Assembly: GCA_964106645.2 (NCBI GenBank)
Contig: OZ067043.1
DNA: 64,000 nt
From: Podarcis pityusensis
Lineage: Eukaryota
Strand: one strand, 5' to 3'
Program-made: the position numbers and the translations under genes
Notes under the pieces: generated by a model
What the model was told of the DNA's origin: nothing
Database searches by the model: none
The model's input: only the letters and a program-made list of their open reading frames with translations
Part shown: positions 13,601 through 26,632 of the stretch, one piece after another
How the letters are laid out: each line of letters opens with the position of its first letter
How positions within the stretch are numbered: position 1 is the stretch's first letter

Positions 13601-14417
13601 AACTCCTGCTCCCACGTGTACCTATATACTGCTCATGGTGTAGCAGTTGGGAGCAGGATGTTCAATTGAGGCGGCGTTGGGCAGGCTGCAGTGTTGAGCC
13701 CCTCTGGTGGTCCCATCACACCATCTGAGGAATACTGAACAAGTTGCTACATTCTAATTCTATTGTGGGGGAAATACAACAAAAGTAGGTCACAAAATCA
13801 GTGTTCTTGAAAGGAAAATTTAAATACCTGATGCAGCAATTTACATGGGGCACAACAAGAGGAGAGGGAGGGAAGTCCTATTATGTAAACTGAAACCCTT
13901 GAAACCCAGATCTACTTTGCTGGATACTGCCCTTAGCTTGGATCCAGCACAGAGCTAGCTGAACTTACTTCCCACTGAAATGGGTAGGAGTTAAGTATTT
14001 CTTGTATTGTTTTCAACAGAAACCAAAATCAGCTGTCTGGAGTCAATTCTTCTCCCTTTAATTTCATATATTTCTATGGTACACTTGTATGTTTTGCTGT
14101 ATTTCCAGTTTTTCAATGAAAGTTTAAAGAATACAGATCCTAATACAGACCAGCTGGGCCTTTTCACCTTTATGATGCCATTGTAATGTGTGATGTGTTA
14201 TACCCACTCCCTGTTCCTCATTTTATTAACCTTACACTAACCCATGAAAATGCCTTCCCTTTATTGGAAAGGTAAGGTAGCTCTGAGGCGTTTTGGTAAG
14301 GAATTTTGCAAAAGATTTGCAGGACCTTCAAATGCAAACAGGTGCTTACTGACCCTCTCAAAATGCTAGCTTTTTACTCCTGCATTTGCCAAACAAATCA
14401 TCCTTCACTATATGCCT

Positions 14418-14708
14418 GTGGGCACCACAGTTCAAGAAGGACACTGACAAACTGGAACGTGTCCAGAGGAGGGCAACCAAAATGGTCAAAGGCCTGGAAA
14501 CGATGCCTTATGAGGAACGGCTAAGGGAGCTGGGCATGTTTAGCCTGGAGAAGAGGAGGTTAAGGGGTGATACGATAGCCATGTTCAAATATGGCTTGAC
14601 AACCATATGTCAGGAGTGCTCTGATGGTGTTTCCTGCTTGGCAGGGGGTTGGACTCGATGGCCCTTGTGGTCTCTTCCAACTCTCTGAGTCTGTGATTCT
14701 GTGATTCT
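14418..14708 (+). mobile_element. 5'-truncated, internally deleted CR1 LINE 3' end
   Basis: WAPQFKKDTDKLERVQRRATKMVKGLETMPYEERLRELGMFSLEKRRLRGD is the CR1 ORF2 C-terminus. Ends in a (GATTCTGT)n-type tail. Flanked by 106-bp direct repeats. Confidence 0.93.
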
Positions 14709-15375
14709 AAGATTTGCAGGACCTTCAAATGCAAACAGGTGCTTACTGACCCTTTCAAAATGCTAGCTTTTTACTCCTGCATTTGCCAAACAAATCATCC
14801 TTCACTATATGCCTAAAGAACCTACTGTTAACATTAATCTGTTCAATCATAACCTCAGCCATTCTAGAAACTTTGCTTAAGGACCTGGGGGGGGGGGGGT
14901 TCCTGCATATTGTAAGGGTCGCCAAGCAGATTCCATACCGCACTTTGTTGAGCTGCAGAGGGTCAGTACTGAGACTTGTATGAAAGCATGGTGTCATTCA
15001 ATACCTGATCAAAACTAAATAAACACTACTCGTGGTTTACTATGAGGCGCACAGCATCAAAATTAGTAAGCAATACTGATGTCCACAGAGGGGGAGGGGC
15101 AAGGTAATGGCGAAGCTGACGTGGACCAAACATGCCAGCCACAGAATCACATTGATTCCACTAGGGTGTTTGCACCATGCACACCTCACCCCTCCCCTCT
15201 CTGACCCAGTTTACAGCAGCAACTCAGTCAGAAGGAGGTCAGGTAAGCAGCATAAACTACTGCACCATGCACTACTGGACAGATGCATGGTGATCATGAA
15301 ATTAATAGCTGATTGGCAACAAGTTTTGTTCTGGCTCTCTTTTTTCCTATACGACCAGTAAAAAATAGTACTTAC

Positions 15376-15444
15376 CACTAAATCCCAGTTATTTTGTTCA
15401 AGTAAGGTGATAGCTTCATCAATATTTTCTATACCAGTACATGC
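15376..15444 (-). CDS. FAF1: FAF1 coding exon 2 (ACTGIENIDEAITLLEQNNWDLV, UBA domain)
   Basis: 69-nt exon with a TTTTAG| acceptor and a GTG|GTAAG donor. Translation continues the FAF1 UBA domain in frame with exon 1. Absent from the ORF track because it is too short. Confidence 0.97.
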
Positions 15445-16227
15445 CTAAAATGAAAAAATAAATAAAAGGGTTCAGCTGAAGAAATCTCTCATGTATTAAT
15501 TCTTTAAACATTAAAATAAGACAGGGTTCACCAACTCAGCAACCACCATGACACCCATGAAAGCCTTGAACTTTCTATGAAATGAGCCAGCCTGGCTGCT
15601 CCAACTTATCACTGTTTTCAGGCAATGAATGAAGTCAGAGCTGTGACTGATAAGTGAGCTGTTTGGACGCCAGGCAACAGGAATCCCTGAGACCCTAAAC
15701 AGTTGCTGTCCCCACCCCCCTTTAGTGCAATTTTCCTGTTTACATCTCATTTTCTAGTCTTTGGGATCTCTTTAGCTTGTCCTTTCTTTTCCCCAGCAAC
15801 CAGGATGCATCTTTCCTATGGCGGACTTGTCTAAGATCAGGAAGCTCCTAGATGCTATTTTCTGCAAATAGTACTACACAATAAGTGACGGTGGAGGGTA
15901 AAGAATCCCCCTCCCTCCACGAAAGGCAAATCTTGGCATCTGCAACTAAAAGAATCTCCAGTATTCATTTCTTAGATGTATGCCCCATCTTTCTACATTA
16001 GGCATTCAAAGAGGCCAACAAAATTACAAGTGGATACAATAAAAAAAAAAATCAGAAGACAGACAGAGGAGATAGGATTAAGTTTTCTCCAACATTTTCC
16101 CATGTTTCCTCTGACTTGTTATGTGCATTTATGAAGCCCATAAAGCATAATTAACTGGGTCACTCTCCTTATCTGAAAGAAAAACATGGGAATAAAATTT
16201 CAAATTACACTGACAGAGCAATTATAT

Positions 16228-16354
16228 CAGGCTTCCTCAACCTCGGCCCTCCAGATGTTTTGAGACTAATAATTCCCACCACTGGTCCTGCTAGCTAGGG
16301 ATCATGGGAGTTGTAGGCCAAAAACATCTGGAGAGCCAAGGTTGAGAAAGCCTG
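16228..16354. mobile_element. hAT-Charlie-like palindromic MITE
   Basis: CAGGCTT...AAGCCTG ends, long internal inverted repeat, 8-bp TSD AATTATAT. Confidence 0.88.
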
Positions 16355-17447
16355 AATTATATGAATGCTTACTAAGAAGTTAAGTTCCACTGCATTCAAT
16401 GGTACTTTCTCTCATGTATGTGTGCACAGGATTAAAGTCTGAATATAGTTAGAAGCAAAAGGCGATCATTGCACTTCCCAACAACCTGCTCCTCCAGTAT
16501 TTGTAAATGCATTATATTTTTTAAAAAAGCTCTTTCCAGCAACAACTTGCATTTCTTCTACTGAATAGCATTCAGAAGTGTGTTGGCAAAGAAACAGATG
16601 TTCATTACCCTTCAGTCGCTCTTCATTAACAACGAATCTTCATAAAACCGTATTTAAGAGTGCCGCTTATACTTGGTATTTATATTGACGTTTGCAATGG
16701 AATTCTCATAACTCCCAACTGCAACTTTTCCATTAGAAAATAAGAAGCAGAAGCTGATTAAATAAAAACCAAGCACCATGCTGAACTGATGCTCTCCATA
16801 TGCACATCCTCTTTGTAAGAGCAAGGGAAAATATTTTATAAAGAAGCAGAATTGCTTTGAATTAGTGTCTGTTATTCAGGGGGCACTCTTAAATGTATTC
16901 AAACCAGTTGCTTCATTAAAAAGAATCCTACAGCTATACCTCTGAAAGCTTCTATTTGAGGCTGTGTTCGCACTACTATTTCATCACAAATTTGCTCTTT
17001 GAGATGCTGCTGCAATCATAATAGGTCTTTACCAGTGCAAAATTCAATAGGAAAGTTCAAGCATCAGCTCTAGATGTCAAAAAAAGGAACACATCAAGAC
17101 AGTGTAGAGCAGCCCTTCAGAGTGTCAGGAGCAAGAGCAGAATAACCTACCTGTGGTATTTAGGGACTGAGGGCAGTAGCTGAAGTTTCCATGCCATTAA
17201 ACCTTCTCAGTGGACAATAAATACATCTCTGCGATGGAGTGAGGCTAACAGAACAATCCTAAGTGCAGGAAGCTATTGGAACGAAGACCAATTTAAATTA
17301 AGCTGGCATAAAATACCCCTATTTCAAACTCGGTTCAGCAGCAGCGCTGCTACTTCCAGCTGAGCTAACCCAAGCCTAACAGAGGGGAAACAATCCTTTA
17401 AAATAGAGTTTGATTTATACCGCCCTGAGTTCCAATAGGTTGCCAGG

Positions 17448-17537
17448 CATAGCTGTCAACTTTCCCCTTTTCTTGCGAGGAATCCTATTCGGAATAAGGG
17501 AATTTCCCTTTTAAAAAGGGAAACGTTGACAGCTATG
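17448..17537. mobile_element. Minimal hAT MITE (90 bp)
   Basis: TIR CATAGCTGTCAAC...GTTGACAGCTATG, 8-bp TSD TTGCCAGG. Confidence 0.9.
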
Positions 17538-18375
17538 TTGCCAGGTCACAAGACTGAGCTAAAAGATGTCTCCCCTTACTCTGTCATGCCACGCCACGCC
17601 CCTTTTTGAGGAGTTCCACCAGTTTAAGACCCGCTGGCTGAGCCAGTATAACCCCAGCTCAACCACACTGAGTGACTTAACATTGGCATATCCCTGGCTG
17701 AGCTGGGATGAGGCAGTCACTCCAGCTCAGCCCAAACTCACTCCTTTGTGCATATCTGGGGTCTGGACTGCACTATAATATTACTCTTCCTCCAATATGC
17801 AGGGGACCTAAGCACCTTAGGTGAGATAATCAAATCTTGCCCTTCCCGTTTTAGACTGAAAGCACTTTTCTTTATAACACTGTATTCCTAATGTGCCGTG
17901 TTGTTTCTGTTGAAAGCATGGAGGAGGGTACAGCTTCCACAGTATAGTAGTAAGGAATTAATATGGAATATTATTTAGGTAAATATATGAAAGGAATGCT
18001 AATTTTGTATGTTATGGATCAATGCAAGATTTATTTTTTGTTTAAAATAAAAATGAATAAAAAGAACAATTTAAAAAAGTTTGAAATACTGCATTAAGTG
18101 ATTCTTGGTGTTTTGACATCCCACTTAACCTGGGCAATGTAGAGAAAGAGGACTAGAGTCAGCTTTTCATTCAACCTGGTCTTCCTATAGAATATAGTAT
18201 TTGATTAGTGATTAATTCTTAATGAATGATTTAAGGGAGCAATACTCCCCATAAATGGAAGGGGCTGGAGAAATTGGTTATTTTCAAGCACAGTGCCCTT
18301 ACTTAACATATTAATATTTTTTAAAGTAGATTCAGCCACTTTCTCAGCAACCTATACTCATGCCGTGTAGCACAA

Positions 18376-18733
18376 TAAAGGTAAAGGTAAAGGGACCCCT
18401 GACCATTAGGTCCAGTCATGACCGACTCTGGGGTTGCAGCGCTCATCTAGCTTTACTGGCCGAGGGAGCCGGCATACAGCTTCCGGGTCATGTGGCCAGC
18501 ATGACTAAGCCGCTTCTGGCAAACCAGAGCAGCGCACGGAAATGCTGTTTACCTTCCCACCGGAGCGGTACCTATTTATCTACTTGCACTTTGATGTGCT
18601 TTCGAACTGCTAGGTTGGCAGGAGCAGGGACCGAGCAACGGGAGCTCACCCAATCGCGGGGATTTGAACCGCCAACCTTCCTATCGGCAAGTCCTAGGCT
18701 CTGTGGCTTAACCCACAGCGCCACTCGCGTCCC
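18376..18733 (-). mobile_element. Sauria SINE (full length)
   Basis: tRNA-derived head GGGACGCGAGTGGCGCTGTGGGTTAAG on the minus strand, (ACCTTT)n tail, ACAATAA repeated on both flanks. Confidence 0.92.
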
Positions 18734-20749
18734 TAACAATAACGTCGCCTAAAACATGTCACATGAAATATAGGCAGAACTGAAGCAAGCATAGTCTGGT
18801 TTACAGAAATACTCTCCAGTCCTATTTGGGTGACAGAAATGCCTCCAAGTTAGTACTGTCATTCGGCTATCGGTTTGGAAGGAAAATTTCAAAGGTTGTG
18901 ATGTATCATGAGAAGACAACCAAAGTGCCTCTTGCTAGATGTGAAGATATGACACATAATCGGTTGAGAGGAATGCAAGGTGCTGTTGCAGCGGGCAGCA
19001 TTCTTTTCACAACAATAACAATTCATCAACTGCTCCTACAGAGTCATTAAATCCCATACAAAGGAAAGGGAACCCCTACATTCCTAAAGTCACAGCTAAT
19101 TGTGTCAACACAGTCAAGAAATAATGATAATAAAAGCAGAGAAGGAAGCTTCCAGCTAAACTTCTGCTTTGGTGAACTATTTGCCCTAAATACCTATCTT
19201 TGCACTGGTTTTAGGAGAGTAGCTGTGGTAATCTGTTGCCAGAAACAAACAATTCTTTTCTCCTTAACAACACTGATTGTGGCATGAACTTATGTAGACA
19301 AGCATCTACTACACGACATCACATGTGGTATGGGAACAGGCATACCATCACATTTGCTGCAATTTAGCAAGGAAGCTTTAGGGCTCAGCCAGAAACAAAA
19401 GTTTTGTTCTCTTCCTCATTAGTATTATTTAAAAACAACAACTGATTTTTGAGTTTATTCATACATGCATATAATATTGTTGGCTCTATGGTGGCCATGT
19501 GTCTTACTTTACAGAGGACTGTCCTCTGTTTGAAGGTGTCCTCTATTCAAAGGGCTGGCTGGTCCTAATCTGGTTTAAAGTTAAAGAATCATCAGGAAGC
19601 AGAGCAGGAGCCTTAAAGCTGCTCAAGAGTTAATAGACACCTAGAAAGCAGAAGAAACAGAGGCCATCTGATTGCAGTCTTCTGCACCATGATGAAATGT
19701 ACTTCTGTGCAGGTATGCATTTCATGCTAATCCATGTCCTCTTTGAGGGGGCAATACATTTATTCCTTATTCTTTTTCTTTTTGGGGGCGACGTGCAAAT
19801 AGCCACCCTAGTTGGAGCGGTGCATGAAACATACACAACACACCATTGCCACCATTTTTAATGTGGTGGTAGTGGCCTCTGAAACCCTAAAGATCCTGAA
19901 ACAAACAAATTTAAAGAACAGCTTTTGCCTCTAGGAGATTGCTCAATATCTAAACTCAGCTGAGTCAATCTTCACTAAACCTTTGCCAATGTAACTGCAA
20001 TGAATGGGGACAAGAAAGAGGCCCTTTTCAGCAGGTGTGCCTAAGCTACAGAATTAATTCCCAACATGACATCTTCTAACTCCTTCCTTGGTGCACATGC
20101 ATTGGCCATGCCCCATATGACATGTGACTGGGATCAATGTGAAGCTGGTTCTACATACAGGAATGCATGCATGTAACCCCCTGCTCTCAGACTAATGGTG
20201 ATCGTGTGTTGTCCAGAGAGCAGAGCTAATGCACACATCAGCATGTAAGTGGAGCTAGCCTATTCATGCATAAGAGCCCCATCACATGTTCATTCTGACC
20301 ATCTAAAGAAGAGGGCTACAGTTAGGGAAGGAGCCAATGCATAGTCTAAGGGGCCACGAGCCTTTGGGGGCCTGTGAGCACATTTCAGATTTTAGGGAAG
20401 TGGCCCATCCCCTCCACTGTGCCACTCCACTCCCAGGTAGACAGGAAATATGTACACATCTTTAGGTAAACAGTCAGATCCAGCAGAATGAAAATGGATC
20501 CTTTTCAAGAGGGGGGAACCCCTCCCCAAAAAAATAATTTCAACTTAAAGCTTATAGTGGTACATATAACACAATTTTTAAAAAGCAAAAACAGATCTGG
20601 TGCTTACCAACACCACAGAAAACAATGACCTAAGACAAGAATCATCAAATGGTTTTTACATAGGATGTCAACAAAGCCATCAACATATCACAGAACACAC
20701 TTGTGGACATAGGGCAGACATTCATGTACCTGCTTTACTTCTTAAAGCA

Positions 20750-21057
20750 GCACACAGTTAAGCTATGGAACTCTGTACCACAGGAGGCAATGAAGGCCAC
20801 CAACTTAGATGGCTTTAAAAGACAACTGGACAAATTTAAGGAGGAGAAAGCTATTGATGACTACTAGCCATGGGAGTTATGCTCTGCCTCCACAACTGGA
20901 GGTAGTAATGCTTCTGAATACCAACTGCTGGAGACAACAGGAGGGGAGACTGCTCTTGTGCTCAGATCCTGTTTGAGGGGTTCTGGTTGGCAACTATGGT
21001 TGGCCACCATGAAAAACGCATGGGCTACTGGGATGATCCAGCAGGCTTTACTTATGT
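20750..21057 (+). mobile_element. Old CR1 3' fragment
   Basis: Degenerate KLWNSxPQE...LDGFKRxLDKFxEE motif followed by a CR1-like 3' UTR. Confidence 0.7.
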
Positions 21058-22500
21058 CTGAAGTAGACCAATGTTCCTTTACATCAAGGGTGGGAAACCT
21101 CTGGGCCTATATATCCTGTCCTGCTCTTGAGAATCTCCATTGAACACGTGCCTCTCCCCAAGTGACAGCCCCTCTCTCCAAGGCAAGTTACACCTGTCTC
21201 TGGGCCCATCTCCACACACATCTTTGAATGCTTTTACAAGGCCAAAATGTGACCTTGAACTATAATGCCTCTTTCTTGCCTGGATGGTGTGTACAGAAGC
21301 CTCTGACCATACAAAGGTAAAAGTCACATCTCCTGTTTTGCCCACTTTTGCCTCTGGCCCCACACACCACTTGCACAGAGCCCTTCAGAGGTAGCCCATA
21401 AGAGAACACGACATTAGGGCAGGCTAACTCCTGTTTTACAGTAACAATATTTTGGCAAGATTAAGTATTAGAGAAATCTTATTAGAGAAATATTAGAGAA
21501 TTTAGTTCATACAGAAAATAAACTGCTGAGAGTTAGTGTTGTACTGCGACTGATAAAAGTGCATTTTTTAAAATTAAAAAAGTGTGGGGTTTTTTTTAAT
21601 ATGAGGTTCCACACAGCTGCAGTTCATCTAAGTTCACCCCAAGAGCTCCCCTACAAAAACTGGGACAAACAGTGAACCAGAAAAGCACTTGCAGTAACCA
21701 GGGAGAAGCAGAACCAGCCATCTGTTTAATCTCACTTTAACCTCCTGACTTCCTACACCAAACTACTAAATAGGAGTTTCTCAGCCTCTTACCATAATGC
21801 CATCCATCCTTGCTCCAGTTTAGTGTCAGAAACCATATATTCAGACTGCCATTGCCATGCCAAGGATGGTGACAATGTTGGCTTTCCTAGCAAGCATCTC
21901 TTAGACCAAGCCAGACCTGTTCCCTCCAAATATACAAAGCTATAGGTGCAGCACATACTCAGAAAATGCCAGAAAAAGAGAGTATAATTTACAAAGCTAT
22001 GCTAAATAAAGCAATACTGGATTATTAATCTACCTTAATTTTATCCAAGTCTTTGTTTTGATATTCCCTATATAAAGCAGACACCCATGTCAAAGTGTCA
22101 TTGAATTACAAATAATGTTTGGCACTCACTGTGAAAATGACTTGTTACTGATTTACTGTACCCTTTTGCAGGGCTATCTCTTAATGGATCATTCCCCACA
22201 TTAAGAAAAGCAATGAAATTGAAAGAACATGGCAGTAAGTGGGAGGAAATCCACCTGTGTGTTTAATTTCCAACATGGCAGGTAGACGAAAGGGGAATTA
22301 CAAAGTATCTTGTACAGTTTAAGCAGAAACACGGGGCACAGGATGATCTTGCACTAACACATCTCCCAACTGGACAGCAACTGCAGCGAAGCTATTACAT
22401 TGGTGGTCATTCCAACCTGCTGTTTAGATTAAATGGGTCACGCGCTTAGGGACATGACTTGGGTGACCAGCCCAATGCAAACCACACAATCGGGCAGAAC

Positions 22501-22674
22501 CAGTGCTTTTTTCTGGGGGGACGGAGGGGGACACATACCCCTAAACATTTTGTGAATCTTTGTACTTTTGTCCATTTACTGTATTTCCCCCCCCCAACTG
22601 ACCTATAAAAATGTGATTTCCTTGAGTCAAAATGAGAGTACCCCAAAACATGTTTTTAGAAAAAAAAAGCATTG
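22501..22674. mobile_element. hAT MITE
   Basis: CAGTGCTTTTTT...AAAAAAGCATTG with 8-bp TSD GGCAGAAC. Related copy at 28400-28512. Confidence 0.88.
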
Positions 22675-25600
22675 GGCAGAACCAAAACACTAGGCAAACT
22701 AGGAATCTATGCCTGCAAGCCATAAGAAAGCTGGCCAAGATCCTACTTTTTCCACACTCCCTGATCTGCCAGTTACGGAGGGGAATTATTAAGTAGAAAC
22801 CCTTTGGGAATCACATCTCTGACAAAAGCTAAATCCCATAGCAATCTTTAAAGATAAAGAACATGAACCAACCAAAGTAAACCACTTTTACACCCAACTG
22901 ATGTCAGTGGAAGAGTTAAATATGTGTGTAAATCTCATTCATTAAAGTCAATGAAACAGAATGGGGTGGGGGAATGAAGTAGTATATTCAGAAATGTCTT
23001 ATCAGATTTAGAAGCTTGACAGTGCATGCCTACTCAGAAGTAAGTCCCAATGAGTTCAATGTGACTTACTCCTAAGTAGGTGAAAACAAAGTGCATGTAA
23101 TCATATGGTAAAATTGTGATGTGTGCTGGACATTTATGAACAAATTGTTTAAGTTTTATTCAAAGTACAACTTTAAGTACTAGAGTCAGAAATTTAAGTT
23201 TCTGCACCCTAAAGTAACATTTGCCATGCTGCAAATAAGCAAAAAGAAAATGCTGAAAGTACAAACCATTAGCATTATAGCAACGTTCTATTATTTGAGC
23301 TTAGAAATAGTTCATAGACAGTTGTTATCCAGAAACTGAAGAAAAACATGTTTTAGAGGACAAGTTTAGAATTCATGATTGTATACTGCAATTAGCATCA
23401 TTTCACTGATAATTCAGAAAAAGCAAATATTTGGCAATTTTAAAAAATCATTAGCTGTACGCTGGTGGGGAAAGACACTTCCACACTTGAATTATAAGAG
23501 GTCCATGCATAGGTGAGATAGTATAGTATATATATTTAAAGAATTATCCTACTAATAAGACCTATTGTAGTACAAAAAATACTAACAACGCAATCTGCTA
23601 TTATCAGGCAGCGCCTATTACACCCTTACCTTGGAGAAACTCCCATTGAACTCAATGGGGGTTACTTATGAGTAGACATGTATAGGTTTGCACTGTGAAA
23701 ATAGCTGTTTAAACAAAGGACATGAAACAGAAACAGCAATAAAGCATTTCGATTGTCCCCCTATTTACAAATGAGTGCTGTAGAAGCCACATCATTAACT
23801 CAGCACATTCTTTGTTCAGTCAACAAGAGATATGGGAATCCTGAGGGGTGTTTTTTTTAATAATGCATGACAAAAAAGTCATGTGTTAATCCTAGAAGCT
23901 GTAGAACCAAAACACTCAAATCCCAATTTAAATATGTACAAACATAGTAATCCATCTAAAAACACATATTAAAATAATACCAAAAGAATAAGATCAAACC
24001 GTGATATGGTCAACTTGCAAAGTAGTGTACCAGGACCTGGAAGACCTAGATTCACATCCCACTCATCCCACTTTAGGTCACTTGCAGAACTCAGATGCAA
24101 ATCCTACTAAATTAAATGGGAATTATTCCTAGGTACTTATGCATAGGGTGATTGAAGAAGGCCTCAGTCCTAGTTACACATACTTGGAAGTCAATGGAGT
24201 TTACACCTATATAAGGGTTATTATGACTGAAGTGCAGGTGACCTTGGGGAAGTCATTAATCCTTAGCTTTGCAATCAGTAAAAATGAGAATGATTACCAA
24301 ATAAGTCCTGAGAACTAGTAAACTATATCTGCAACAATATTACACAAAACAGTGATTTATAGGATTAATAAAGCCTAAAATGAATAAATCATTATGAAAC
24401 AACCCTATATGATAAATTGTTATTAAATTATGGACCTCAGAAAGTTATAAACCTACAGAACTATAATTAAGGCAGTTCTGAGTTCATCATTGTTGTTCTT
24501 AAATCACATTTAAAATTAGAGCTGCAGCAGGGGAAAGAAACTTCCTACACTAGCTTGTGATACATTAGTTAAACCCTGATCCAAAAATACAATGTACTGT
24601 ATATGTGGAGGAGGTTTGCAGCTTGCCAAAAAATGCCACATTTTTACCAGCTCAAAGACTAAGATTAAATATAGGTAGATTTTTCTGTCTATTTATAAGG
24701 TGTCTATCTTTACAGCGGTCAACACATTTATTCAGAGTATTTAATTCCTTGCAGACATTCTCTGCAATTGTAGAACATCTCTACAAGCAGACATGAAAAT
24801 GCATGTTTAATAAAATATAATAAAAGTTTAAAATACACTAAATGTGGACTTCAATCAAAAGCTCAGAACCAAGTTGGTACAACAAGATCAGAACTTCCCT
24901 GCTCAGGTAGAACAGGCAATATCAACAAGCTCAGTGAGTTTCTGAAGATTTCCAAACATAATTAACAACTTTCTGATCCTCTGGAATGAGAACTTAACAG
25001 TACATTTTAATGTGTTGTAAATATTAAAACTGACCTCAAATATTATTAGTATTATAAACAAGTACGTTTTCTATTAATGTAATAATGGTTTCTTAAGATC
25101 CAACAAAAAAAGGAATTTCCATTGAGTTTTCATTAAAATGTTGAAGTATACATATGTGTCTGGCCATCGTAAGTTGACTTCTGTTCCTAATTAGCCGAAT
25201 TCACTGCAGGTTCACTTTGAAGTGAGTTCCATGGGACTTATGTACAACAAGTAAGGGTGCCCAGAACAGCGGCCTTGCATACATACTTATGTGTAACTTA
25301 TTTCACTCATGTTCTTTAAAAGTCTCACTGATGATAATCATGCTAGTGAGTTTGTTTGGAACTAGGATGTCAATCATAAAATTCTATGTTCATTTTACAA
25401 TTTATATTTTTGACATTGTTAAGTGATATGTAGTATTACTACTAAACATGTACCCATTCAACTTTCTATGAAAAAAGAAAATTAAATATACCTTGGTTAT
25501 TGTTTTTAAAAGCATGCATTCATATGCAGAAAGGCAGAAGTGAAAATATTTTGTAGAAAATTATTAAAGGTACACTTCTAGTAAGATACTGGGTTTTAGC

Positions 25601-26587
25601 CTTAACCTAGAAATAAAGTCCCTAGAACTATGAGTACTATGTATATCTTTAAATGTTATGCAGATACATACACACTATACATACATAAGATCCCAATACC
25701 TATGAACAAGCATGGTACAAGAGAGCACTGCTTTTTCCTAGTTATACTTTAAAAATATGTACAACAAAATACATATTTCAGATTTGGACTGTATCCTATT
25801 TGGACTCAGAACAAGTTCATGTTAGAAAATTTCCTCAGACAGGAAGTTGGTAAGGAAACTGCCTTATTAACTGAAATTATAATGGAAGAATATAAAAATA
25901 TCACAAAAAATACACACCATGGATGAAGTGAAGCTCTTACAGAAGTACTACGTATGTCTTTGAAACTGGATGTTTTGAAAATCAATTTTAGTGGAAAGGG
26001 AATCAGTGGATTTTCTTATTCCAGATGTCTTTTCCACCCCTACCCCCTTCTTTAACATCTTTCCTCTCATATCCATGAGTGAAACAGGTATGGGCCCCTG
26101 GAATGTTGGCAAGCCCCTTATAATGAAAGCATCTTAGTCCCTGCCCCTTGCAATTTATTATTAAAAGCTCACAGGGATGGTCAGAATGAATCAGGGAGAT
26201 CAGGATACAAACCTAAAAAAAAAACAGACAAAACAAAGACATATGCATATTATCTGAGGTGGTTTTTTCTTTGTGAAGCACAGAGAGAAATGCCTTGTTT
26301 ATGAGTGGAGGAGCTTTTTTCGTCTTATTTATTCCCTTTGAATACCGAAAACTAGATACAATGGATAAACAGCCTCCAGAGTGTTGTTGCTGTTGTTGTT
26401 CCTTGTTATCCCACTGCTGTTTGAGAGCAGGACTCACGTTTCCAGAGCGAAAATCTCCCCAGAAAAGCACAGAAAGCAGAGAAACGGGGAGAAAAGGAAC
26501 CATTTTAAAAATAAGAATAATAAAAAGAGCGAGAAAGATTATGATCAGAATATGGCAGTGGTGGATGTGGTGGAATTTGAAATTTAC

Positions 26588-26632
26588 CTGAAAATCAGCC
26601 AGTATCATTTCTCTATCCATGTTGGACGCCAT
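26588..26632 (-). CDS. FAF1: FAS-associated factor 1, coding exon 1 (MASNMDREMILADFQ)
   Basis: ATG at 26632-26630. The 15 codons match the vertebrate FAF1 N-terminus, followed by a CAG|GTAAAT donor (phase 0). Lies at the edge of a CpG island. Confidence 0.97.

Noticed and set aside
26213-26587. FAF1 exon 1 read-through ORF (139 aa, His-rich, hydrophobic, poly-Q)
   Set aside because: A canonical donor follows codon 15 and exon 2 is present. The extension reflects low-complexity T-rich intron sequence.
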